Shown piece after piece: positions 25,970 to 37,301 of a stretch of 64,000 bases of DNA. The notes beneath the pieces are model-generated. The model saw only the letters and a program-made list of their open reading frames with translations, was not told where the DNA came from and searched no databases. Location of the stretch: positions 37,954,304 through 38,018,303 of the forward strand of contig NC_092671.1 of the NCBI RefSeq assembly GCF_964355755.1, read 5' to 3'. A program made the position numbers and the translations under genes. Position 1 is the stretch's first letter. Each line of letters starts with the position of its first letter. Source of the stretch: Antedon mediterranea (lineage: Eukaryota > Animalia > Echinodermata).

Positions 25970-27213
25970 TTTTTTATTGAGGTTTGTACTTTGTTATATA
26001 CCAATCAAGGTACTAGCCTATAATATTAATGATATATACAATAGTTTGATAAATTAGACCATGTAAATGTTGGGCTAATGACAATAAACACTCTATCCTG
26101 TAATATTATTAATAATAAAATGGTTAAACACCCTATTTGACAATTATTATTATTATTATTGAACTATAATTATTATTATTTTTGTCTACCAATTGTTTCA
26201 ATAGATAAAATCTGTATAGGCCCACACCTACCTGACGATCAATTACTATTAGCGGTCCACAACCGCACCAACAAGCTGTACGCATATTCTCCATACGCGG
26301 CCTAGCGCTACACTATTTTGACCAAGAAAAGACTACATATATAGTAGCATATTTAAAATTTATTTTTTTGAAGTATTTGTTTTTAAACTTTAAGTATGTA
26401 TTAATTAACCAATATTTACTATCAAATTACATACAATTTTGTTGCCAATATTTTTAATTATTTGCTAAAATCTCCTAGTATTTACGTAATCTTAACGCTA
26501 TTGAATAGGCAGTGTGTCCATTCATGCATTAAAATGGCCTCAATATGTCCTACTGAGGAGCTTGTCGCTACTCCTTATTGTTAACTTACTCTATTTGCAC
26601 TTGTTGGTATAGCGCCCTCATTTGTCGGTAACTATAGGCTGGTTTGATTGTTTGAAATTCTTTACTAATAAAGTCTCAGTTAAGACCGCTATATATTGCA
26701 ATCGACTTTGCTGAGAGGCTTAACTAAGACTTTCGCGAGGGGCTTAGGGCTTAGATCTAAGCCTAAGACAAAGTCTTTATATTGCAATCCGCCCCTGACC
26801 TCCATGACTTCTCCAGGCCTCCCCCCCCCCCATCCCCCCTAAACACTGAGTTTTAGTTTGTGTTCTCTATTATTATATATACTGTATGTTTTACAATTTT
26901 GTATTATGTATCTAGTATATTAAATAAATGAATCCTATCTGAAGAGAGAAGTAATAAGTGTAACATGCCAATTCCCATCTTACCGTTATGCCATCATGCT
27001 ATCATTGTGCCTCCATAAATATATAGCGCCTGGTTCTCCTGAAAAAAATAAAATATTATTGTTGCTACTAAAAATAAATATACAGTATAAAATTGCTTCT
27101 TCGAGTCAAGGAAGACCATGAATGAGGTCAATAACTGATTACGTTGTTTACTGAGGTCTAATTGATAACTCACTATTAATTTGATGGTTTTCTTCTCCTT
27201 GCATTTTTTTCAG

Positions 27214-28374
27214 GCATCTGTTGATAGTTCAACCAACAACTCTAGGCTTTGGTGTCTTTCTCTTCTGTTTATCATCATTTCAACTTCAGTTTCTCAGGAA
27301 ACTTCATTTGATAATGATTATCCTGAAGATGTTACCATTGCTGAAACAAAGCAGGCAAGATTTGTATGTTTGCTGACCAAAGAGCATGAATCAACAGATC
27401 AAGTATCTTGGATAAAACATAACAAGAAAATAAATCAAAGCTCAGAAAATTCACGATATTCTTTTGAGAATGAAAGCATAACAGATAGAATATATGAGTA
27501 TAGCTTAACAATTGATCCAGTTGAAAGATCAGATGCTACAAATTATAGGTGTGTGTTTGATACTTCAACAGGCATAATATCCTCAAGAAAAGCTTACATG
27601 GACGTCCTCAAAATACCATCAGAAGAGTATCCAATGTGTTACTTCAGTCAACCTTTATATCACATCGGTGATGATGCACAAACCATGTGCATGGCAGAGA
27701 GGACATCTACAGATCTATCTATGGAGTTCACCAAAATGACTGAACTAGCCTCAACAAATGAAAATGATACTCATGTGTGGAAAACCTTAGAATTCCCTGC
27801 AATCCCAAGTATAAATAATACACAGTATAGTTGTAAACTGTATATTGATGTTACAAATCAATGGCGACATTGCCATACAGATCCACTACTCATTTTGAAC
27901 AAATTACGAGTTGTAATTGATGGAGACACTCAATATTCCACAAATGAAATGGCAAGTTTCACCTGCAAAGGTAACTACACTGACACTGCTAAGTTTAAAT
28001 GGACTAATAATAATGAATATGTCAACACTAACCAAGTCAACAGTAAAAATGCTAACACGTTAATCATCCCATCTGTACTACCAGAGATGCACGGCACCCA
28101 ACTCACATGTACTATTGAGGATGAAGACATTACTGCTTCAGATACTGTGATTCTTACAGTGGAAGATGAACCTATGGCAACAACTGAAACAACAAGAAAG
28201 TCACCAACAATCTCACCCATCTATACAGTGCCACTGAAAGAAGTAGAAACTGTGATTCAGGAGAAGTTTGAAATTATTAAACACTTTGTTGTAGTTTGTT
28301 TCATTTTAATAACTTTAATTATGTTATGTTGTATTTTGGCATTTAAATTGTTAAAAAAAGAAAAGGTAGACTAA
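27214..28374 (+). CDS. Ig-superfamily type I membrane protein A1, exon 2
   Basis: Poly-T CAG acceptor; signal peptide LWCLSLLFIIISTSVS; Ig1 C...W...LTI..VERSDATNYRC; two more Cys-paired domains; Thr-rich stalk; TM; tail KLLKKEKVD. Confidence 0.88.
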   Translation, partial: ASVDSSTNNSRLWCLSLLFIIISTSVSQETSFDNDYPEDVTIAETKQARFVCLLTKEHESTDQVSWIKHNKKINQSSENSRYSFENESITDRIYEYSLTIDPVERSDATNYRCVFDTSTGIISSRKAYMDVLKIPSEEYPMCYFSQPLYHIGDDAQTMCMAERTSTDLSMEFTKMTELASTNENDTHVWKTLEFPAIPSINNTQYSCKLYIDVTNQWRHCHTDPLLILNKLRVVIDGDTQYSTNEMASFTCKGNYTDTAKFKWTNNNEYVNTNQVNSKNANTLIIPSVLPEMHGTQLTCTIEDEDITASDTVILTVEDEPMATTETTRKSPTISPIYTVPLKEVETVIQEKFEIIKHFVVVCFILITLIMLCCILAFKLLKKEKVD

Positions 28375-29028
28375 ATTCAGATCTAATTCAATTCAACTCT
28401 CATTTGGGTGAAGTCCTGTAGGAAGAATTTGAAATTTGTAAACATGATTTATTGTAGTTTTTACATTTTAATAACTTTATTATTTGCATATTTTAAATTT
28501 AAAAAAAAAGACAAGTTAGACTAAAATGTAGAGATTAGTATGTAAAGCTGAATCTATATATACATTTACGTAAGGGCAGAACTCGATAAATCGCATGTTA
28601 CTTCTAGAATTTTTACTCGATAATATATAAAGTTGGTTCGTACTTTCAGTACTGATTTTAACCACCTGATGTAACCCTGTTTACTAATTAAATTGAGTTA
28701 GATAATTAGTTATTGAAAATTAAACGAATTTAGGTTCAATGATTTGCCCCAAATAGGGGTGTTTTTCTGATCGTGGTGTACACTGTCTAATGGATGTCCA
28801 TCTTGAAAAATACCCGCACACAATAATACGATGCTTCACATTTACTCCTTCTACGATAATTGCTTTTTAATAGCTGAAAATCGGTTGAACAGCTCGAGTA
28901 CAGCATCATAATGTTGAAGACAGGCCGATTTTATTTAAAAAATACTATTTTGATAGATTCAATATATGTTTATACAAATGTATTGATCTCTCTCTCTCTC
29001 TCCCAGTATAATTATTTGGTTCAACACA

Positions 29029-29131
29029 AGTATAGCTTAACAATTCATCCAGTTGAAAGATCAGATGCTACAGATTATAGGTGTATATTTGATACTTCAA
29101 CAGGCATAATATCATCAAGAAAAGCTTACCT
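29029..29131 (+). pseudogene. ~100-bp fragment of family A Ig domain 1
   Basis: YSLTIHPVERSDATDYRCIFDTSTGIISSRKAY; about 5 nt differences from A1 27498-27597. Confidence 0.9.
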
Positions 29132-29299
29132 TACACAGTGTAAACTGTGTATATTGTATATACTGTATATATATCAATGCACTATTTTCGACAGTATAGG
29201 GCTTCTTTTTATTATAACTTTTTGTAAAGGGTTGATTGAAGATTATTCCATAGTTGGTTGGATTGGTGTTTCTTCAGTTTGAACTGGTAAGTTGATTGT

Positions 29300-29403
29300 A
29301 GTCTACTAACTTTCTCTTCCGGAAAACGCTTCTGAATGTGGTTAACTTGTCGGCGCCATTCACGACCATCCTCCAAATTTACATTAAAGGACACTAAACC
29401 TAA
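29300..29403 (-). pseudogene. Fragment resembling a Gypsy integrase C-terminus
   Basis: LGLVSFNVNLEDGREWRRQVNHIQKR resembles the GPxSYxV..DGRxWRRHxDHI motif of Gypsy-type integrases. Confidence 0.55.
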
Positions 29404-30142
29404 GGCCGTGTTTCCGGACCAAAAACAAAATTTAAAAAAAATTATTAATTTTTATTTTTTTTTTTATTTTTTAACCAATACAGTGCGCACGATCAGTTAT
29501 TACCAAAACAACCAGATGCCCAAAAATCACAATGCAACAATTCGTCCTCCAGGTCAAAGGTTAAAAATTATCACATTTATCATCACCTACAGCTTTCACA
29601 GTTTGCAAGACTAAACTAGAAAAAAAGCATGGAAAGCAGGGGATGGCCCTTTAAGCCCAGAGTCTTTTTTCCAAAGGGATCCCCAACATGAAAAACATAA
29701 TTACAATAATTATTACAATATATTATTATTTTATACAGTATTACAAATTAATTTAATTACATGTTTGATTTATGCCGAATTCTGATAATCATTATTATTA
29801 TAAAAATATCTACTACTAACTACAGTATTATTTACAAGAAATAATATAATTTTAGGTCTATATAATTTGCATAGGTCTATATAAATTGCATAAACTCCAT
29901 GGCACACCATGAGTTGCAAAGGTTTGACGTAACTTGATTAAGGTAGCTGCTGTTGTGCTTGATGCCATATGTGCATCAATATACTTGCTATGAGCATCAA
30001 CTATAACTAGTATTATTTTCCCTTCAAACGGGCCTGCATAACCAATGTGTATGTGATACCAGGGTTTCCCTGGCGACTCCCAAGAGTATTGTTCAGCAAG
30101 TTCATTGAGAGCACAATTTCCTCTGGAACAGGAACAATAGCT

Positions 30143-31133
30143 GTAGCCTGGGTGCAGTACAAATTTTGCGAGAAAAAAGTATAGGAAAATTTTTTTCTTT
30201 TTTTTCTGATAGAGTATACCATATAGAATGTCAGAAAAAAAATCCCCATCCCAGGGTCTTGGGGAAAATTTTTTACGGCACTTTTAAATTTTGGCCTATA
30301 TAACACACACAAATGCCTATTAACACACACAAATACCTATATTCACGTTTTTTTTAACTTGGAGTTGTGTTATGATGATTAAAATTAGCTGAGACTTACT
30401 TTAATAACTACTTCTCATAGTAGTTGATAAATCGAGTCGATAACAATGACATCATCATGCCAGAATCCAATATGGCGTCCAATTTGGCGGAAAAAACAGG
30501 GTATTGCTAAACCCCCGCAAACCCCTGAAAACCAACATAAAAGTGATTGAATCATGTAGTGTACGACCCACTGGGTATATCCATGAAAAAAAAAAAATTA
30601 TCCCAAAAATAAGTAGCTAACAGTAGAAATTTTAATTTTTTTTTACATGGACATACCCAGTGAGGCATACACTCCATGATTCAATCACTTTTGTGTCGGT
30701 TCGGTGGGGTTTTCTATGTTTTTTTTGGAGGTTTGCGGGGGTTTAGCAATACCCTGTTTTTCCCGCCAAATTGGATTCTGGCATGATGATGTCATCGTAT
30801 CGACTTGATTCATCAACTACTATGAGAAGTAGTTATTAAAGTAAGCCTCTACTAATTTTAATCATTAAAACACAACTACAAGTAACAAAAACTGTTAATT
30901 GATTTTCCCTATCCCCTATATATATATAGGTATTTGTGTATGTTAATAGGAATTTGTGTGTGTTATATAGGCCAAAATTTAAAAGTGCCATAAAAAATTT
31001 TCCCCAAGACCCTGGGATGGGGATTTTTTTTCTGACATTCCATATGGTATACTCTATAAGAAAAACCAAAAAAAAATTTTCCTATACTTTTTTCCCGCAA
31101 ATGTGTATAATAATTGTTCTGCACCCAGGCTAC
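30143..31133. mobile_element. Nested ~1-kb foldback MITE
   Basis: GTAGCCTGGGTGCAG...CTGCACCCAGGCTAC termini, arms inverted almost to the centre; core 30499-30754 shares termini with 60823-61879. Confidence 0.8.
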
Positions 31134-32930
31134 TGGTGATTTGCCAACGGCAGTCTACTGCATTGCATCTGCATTGCCGTTCTGGTTAATACGTTATAAA
31201 GGTTTTAAGTTTATACTCCAAGGGCCCATAAATTTACCTACTTGTGTTAAACCATTGGGAGATTGAGTGATTGGAATGTTCCATTCATTGCAAATCAATA
31301 CATTTGTATAAGCGTGTATTAAATCTATCAAAATACAGTAGTATTTTTTTTAAATGTCTTCAACATTATGATGCTGTACTCGAGCTGTTCAACCGGTTTT
31401 CAGCTATTAAAAACAATTATCGTAGAAGGAGATAGTTAAATGCGAAGCATCCTCGTCTTATTAGGTTTTTATGGTACGATATCTAATTTTGATAAGATGT
31501 TTCTATTTTTATAGCAATTTTAACTAATTTTTAGTTATTTGTAATACAATTCATTTTAGTCCTTGACTGTCGTTTTGTAATATATTTTTATAGGCCTATA
31601 CCGAATAAATAAAAAAAAATAAAAAAATAAAATAAAAATTATTGTGTGCGGGTATTTTTCAATATGGACATCCATTAGACAGTGTACCACGATCAGAAAA
31701 TTGTTAAACCTAAATTCGTTTTAATTGTCAATTATCTAACTTAATTTAATTAGTAAACAGGGTTACATCAGGTGGTTAAAATCAGTACCGAAAGTACGAA
31801 CCAACTTTATATACCATCGAGTAAAAATTCTAGAAGTAATGCACAATTGACCAAATTTTGCCCTTACGTAAATTTATATATCGATGCTTAAGCTAGCATT
31901 CCCACCTAGTTGGTGCCGTATCTGGGGATTCCGATTTGAACAATAGTATAGATGTACAGTATAATACTGTAGTACTGAAAACTCATCTACAGTAGGCGGT
32001 TGTTAGCCTATGTTGGTTGCTAGTGTGAATGTGATGTGCTTCCTCATTGGTACCACAATGCAATCACTTCGCTGATCAGTGATGATGATTCTAATGTAGG
32101 CCTACCGGTACTTGCTGATGGCCTAAAATCATGCTATTTCGCCTTACTTGTAGCCCAAGTAAGTAATAATACGTTTTCTGTCAATCTCAATCAGATAAAG
32201 GTACAACTAAGCAACGAGGTGCCATATATGATGCTAGTGCTGTACTACAAAAGCGTGTTCAGAACAAAAAAATTGTAATATTTAAGGCATGTTATGTAGT
32301 TTTATTTGTATTACAGCTATTTAATTTTCTTGTATATAGTATAAGGTTCTATTTTAACTGTTTGTAATATATGGAGTGAGTGCAGAATATGTTTGGGCTT
32401 TAGCTTATTCTCACTCCTGGTTATTTTCATTGGTGACTGAAAAATATTATTATTATTAATTTTAGAAGCTGTTGAATTGTAGATATGAATTTATGTAATG
32501 TAAAACTTTTGTCTATCGAATGTCAGTTGATTTTCAAGTCAGATTTTGATCTCTTTTGTAAAAGTTTAAAAGAGTTTTATGTGCCCAAATTTCTTATTAT
32601 TATAAATTTTTAATAATGTACTTGCTCAGACATTTATCTTCTGATATTGCAATCTTTATGTTTTATTTTGATGACCTGATCATGTAAAAAAAAAAGCGAG
32701 TCCAGTAATTTTCTCTATGCTACACTGTATATATTATATACAGGTAATATTCTGTAAATAATACGACACAAATAAACACAATTCAGGACTGTAAACATAC
32801 TTCAGGTCACAGGATAGAATAATAATTTTCGTACAGTATATGCATCTTGCATTTGGGGGGATAACCCGAGTCACATGAGTTCAAACCTAGTTATTACAGT
32901 AAATATGTTTCATTTTGCAAAATCAAAACA

Positions 32931-32945
32931 CGGATGTGAAACTAA
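32931..32945 (+). promoter_or_regulatory. ETS-IRF-composite-like element of gene B1 (displaced by insertion)
   Basis: CGGATGTGAAACTAA inside a block homologous to the B3 upstream region 47167-47320. Confidence 0.55.
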
Positions 32946-33959
32946 ATGATGAGTTGTAAACTTACAGATACATGAACTGTATCTTTTAGTAAACCTGCAC
33001 AGGAGAAATGCTGGGAAGTAAACAATACTTGACAGTAAAGTTGGACAAACGATAATCACAAGATTAGGTCTATAACATTGATCAAATGAGCCCCTTTCTC
33101 ACAGATGTGGCTGCAATATACCGGTACAGTGCTGGCGTCGTGCCGGTATCGTTACCGGCATATCATTAGGCGCAGGAGCCCCGGATAGCGTTACGAAGTC
33201 GTTAACTCTGTCAGCCCATGGTCAACCCAACTAATGTGTTTTTCCCAAGGACAACTTATCAATAACTAAACTTTGTCACCACCCATAAGTGTGCTGTTCA
33301 TTTCCTATTGACCAATGAACACCAATGTAACTGGACCTGAGTTTCTTGCTATTCGACCTTGGGTGCAAATTATACAATTAATTGATGTTAAGGCCACTGA
33401 CTACTCTTTTCTGTATAGAAACACTGAATTGACTGAATAATAAGAAAACCCTACAATAATTTCTACTACTACTTGATATGGTGTTATACAAGAACTATAT
33501 TAAAAGAATTGAATGTCTGGAGAATGAAAAGTTAAACGTTATAACTTATATGTAAAACATCACTTAGATGATATCTATCAGATATATCATTTTCTAAAAA
33601 TTGTTTCATTAGTTAGAATAGATATCACGGAATACCAATACTGATCTGGACTCGGAAATTCAAAATGTAGCAGGCAACGTTTCACCAATGAAAACTTTCA
33701 AGACAAACAAAGTATCATAATTATCATGATATCCATTTTTATTTAATAACGATAAATGGATATAAATATTTCGTCTTTTTTGTTATTTTGTGATGGAAAA
33801 TATATTGAGTGAACATTGGCTGAGCTTAAGTGTTCCCCGTCCCCTTAATGTCCGCTTTATAGGAGTGTCCCCTCAGTAAGGATTTGCTGTTTTGCCCCTT
33901 AATAATAAATTATGATGTCCATCTTATCCTCTCAATTTTAATGTGCTACACCCGATAAT

Positions 33960-34112
33960 AGAATACACATCTAGCTCGTATGTACTTTAAAGAACCTAGT
34001 ACATCTTTCGAGACGAGTGGGGGGTTACCCCGGTGTATTATCACAGCCACTGATCACCAACTGGGCCCTCTGGGAGACCAGTCTTTGATTGAAGAGGTTA
34101 CCCATTATAAAT
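33960..34112 (+). mobile_element. 5'-truncated copy of the Deu-type SINE
   Basis: Aligns with 39270-39425 (TTTAAAGAACCTAGTACATCTTTCGAGACGAGT...CTGGGCCCTCTGGGAGA). Confidence 0.8.
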
Positions 34113-34149
34113 ATATATTTCAATTCAATAGAATAACTGTACAGTAGGC

Positions 34150-35510
34150 TCCCATTTGATGCAATGTGTTACCCAATGTGCTCAATTTGATTGTGCTACC
34201 CAAATCCATGCTATCCATTTGAAATAATTTGCTATCCATTTGAAATAATTTGCTATCCATTTGAAAGAATGTGCTACCCGATAATCCGTATAGAATAATG
34301 TACAGTACAATTACATATATCCATTTGATTGTGCTACCTAATGTGCTATCCATTTGAAATAATGTGCTATCCATTTGAAAGAATGTGCTATCCATTTGAA
34401 AGAATGTGCTACCCGATAGTCCGTATAGAATAATGTACAGTACAGTACTATATCCATTTGATTGTGCTACCCAATGTGCTATCCATTTGAAAGAATGTGC
34501 TATCCATTTGAAAGAATGTGCTACCCGATAATCCGTATAGAATAATGTACAGTACTATATCCATTTGATTGTGCTACCTAATGTGCTATCCATTTGAAAG
34601 AATGTGCTACCCGATAATCCGTATAGAATAATGTACAGTACAATTACATATATCCATTTGATTGTGCTACCTAATGTGCTATCCATTTGAAATAATGTGC
34701 TATCCATTTGAAAGAATGTGCTATCCATTTGAAAGAATGTGCTACCCGATAATCCGTATAGAATAATGTACAGTACAGTACTATATCCATTTGATTGTGC
34801 TACCCAATGTGCTATCCATTTGAAAGAATGTGCTATCCATTTGAAAGAATGTGCTACCCGATAATCCGTATAGAATAATGTACAGTACTATATCCATTTG
34901 ATTGTGCTACCTAATGTGCTATCCATTTGAAAGAATGTGCTACCCGATAATCCTTATAGAATAATGTACAGTACTATATCCATTTGACTGTGCTACCTAA
35001 TGTGCTATCCATTTGAAAGAATGTGCTACCCGATAATCCGTAGGCTATAAGAATAATGTACAGTACAATTATATCCATTCGATTGTGCTACCTAATGTGC
35101 TATCCATTTGAAATAATGTGCTACCCGATAATCCTTATAGACTAATGTACAGTACTATATCTATTTGATTGTGCTACCCAATGTGCTATCCATTTGAAAT
35201 AATGTGCTATCCATTTGAAATAATGTGCTATCCATTTGAAAGAATGTGCTATCCATTTGAAATAGGCCTAATGTGCTATCTATTTGAAAGAATGTGCTAC
35301 CCGATAATCATAGAATAATGTACAGTACTATATCCATTTGATTGTGCTACCTAATGTGCTATCCATTTGAAATAATGTGCTATCCATTTGAAAGAATGTG
35401 CTACCCGATAATCCGTATAGAATGCACAGTACAGTTATATCATAGTTATATCCATTTGATTGAGCTATCTATTGTGCTATCCGTTTGAACTAATGTGCTG
35501 TCTGTTTGAA
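34150..35510. repeat. Higher-order satellite built on a 21-bp unit
   Basis: ATGTGCTATCCATTTGAAAGA units interleaved with CCCGATAATCCGTATAGAATAATGTACAGTAC blocks. Confidence 0.9.
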
Positions 35511-37301
35511 ATAATTCAGGGGTTTTTTTTTAAATATGTTTTGCTATCCATTTTAAACGTGCTAAACAAGTTACATATTTGTTGATATAAATTTGCGGTA
35601 CACCACGTAGGCCTATATTAGTTCTGAAAAGAACTGTTGAGTTGCTTGACGTTTCGATTTAGGCCTACTCCAAAGTCAAAGTCTCCAAAGCTATTCCATC
35701 ATGTCGTATTCGGGGAATCGCCCACAAGTGTTTTCTCAGAGAAGGGTATGTTCTGTATGCTATTTTTTAATAATGTACAAAAAATGAAATGAAAAATCAT
35801 ATTAATTATCGGTATGTACGGAGGAAGCTCGAACAAGACGAAGCGCGAAACAAATAAAAGCGCAGCGCGAAACATCTGAAATGATATACAATTTCTCAAA
35901 ACATGAAAACACAGAATATATTATATTAATATAACTTTTTAATATTTCTAAAGGCTCGGACAAGGAAGAAGGGCCTTAAAAAACTGAATTGCTATATGTT
36001 AGACCACATTTCCATAACTTTTCAAAACTCATCGAACCCTCTGCTAGTAGGCCTAATTAATATAGGAGCGTATCGCCAAATCATTAGAGAAAAAAAACAT
36101 GGCATGAAGATGTAATTAATCAAACAACGGCCAAAGAATACCAACAATTTTAATTTAGGTTTCGATTCGTAATTACTAATGTGGTGGACTAAGCCTAGTT
36201 TGAAACTATAGTGACCATTTATTTTAGAAAGAAAGATAGAGAAATTTGTTTCCATCTCCATGTTATTGTTAATACCAAGGCACTTTTCAATTAAAAATTC
36301 TGGCCTAGTATTCTTGCAAGGTCGTCACAGCTCCAGTTACAAAGGTCGTCACAGCTCCAGTTACAAACGGTGATACAAAGTGTCAATCATTTGACCAGTG
36401 AACAGCCCACTGGTAGGATAGTCCTTGAAACCGTCCGTAAAACACATTAATCACTCACATCAGTCATGCCGCTAATGGTTGAAAACCTCACTTTTTGGGG
36501 TTTTCAAACGTAACGCTATCCGGGGCTCCTGCGCCTAATGATTCATTCTCATCGGACTATCGTGCCGGAAATATAACCGGAATATACCGGCTTTCTGTGA
36601 GAAAGGAGTCGGGCATATTCGTCCAATAAAAAGTCTCTGACAAAATAATTATTGAGGGCGTTCTTTATTGTTATTATTTTTGTCTAGCGATGATATGGCG
36701 GCGAATGTTAAGTTACAGATTATTATCTTCCTTTATAGCATAATTATGCAATACATGCTATGTACAGTATATTGTGCATATATTATACAGGTATAGCAAT
36801 TAATTTGCCGTCATCGGCAATCTGTAAAACACCTTAGAAGGCTGTAGGCCTACAATTTACAAGGCGACGAAAGGTCAGGCACCAACAAACAAAGAGCTAT
36901 TATGGCCTAGCCTAGCGGCCTATATAGATTATGCTACAAATTTCTTCTTGTCCCCTTATTTTAAGCAGCTCTCTTATCTCATTATCTCTCCAGTTCGACA
37001 TTATTATTGTTAATTGAATTGAATAGGCGCCAAAGTGATACACTTGACTGCGCAAGGTGTCAAAGCCTCGACGGGGAACCCCGGAATATAACGGCAATAC
37101 GTTCTCACAGAATGCCCGTCTGGCATTGCGGGGAATATCCCTAGAATATTACTAGGTCTAAAGCAGGTCATGTCGATGCCGGCATGGTGCCGGCATGATG
37201 CCAAGACGACCCGTTCTCACAGAAAACCATACCGGCATGGTAATGGTATATTCCCGCAATATTCCTGGCACACAACTCTGTGAGAAAGGGGCTAGAGAGA
37301 C

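Larger units (their letters stand above)
28556..31881. mobile_element. Foldback element with ~430-bp inverted arms and composite interior
   Basis: 28556-28988 is the reverse complement of 31294-31881 (right arm carries an extra A-tailed insert); no clear TSD. Confidence 0.8.
33162..36542. mobile_element. Second TIR element nested in 33089-37293
   Basis: ATCATTAGGCGCAGGAGCCCCGGATAGCGTTACG and its exact reverse complement at ~36509-36542. Confidence 0.75.
33089..37293. mobile_element. Non-autonomous TIR element (Harbinger-like termini) ending 8 bp before the B1 ATG
   Basis: 17-bp TIR AGCCCCTTTCTCACAGA / TCTGTGAGAAAGGGGCT; absent upstream of B2 and B3; no transposase ORF; TSD unclear. Confidence 0.75.

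Noticed and set aside
27181-27213. TTG-initiated N-terminal extensions of A1/A2 in the ORF track
   Set aside because: These are polypyrimidine tract and acceptor sequence; a conserved upstream ATG exon explains initiation better
34150-35510. Repeat-spacer-like appearance suggesting a CRISPR array
   Set aside because: The apparent spacers are themselves repeated, the context is eukaryotic and there are no cas genes; it is a higher-order satellite
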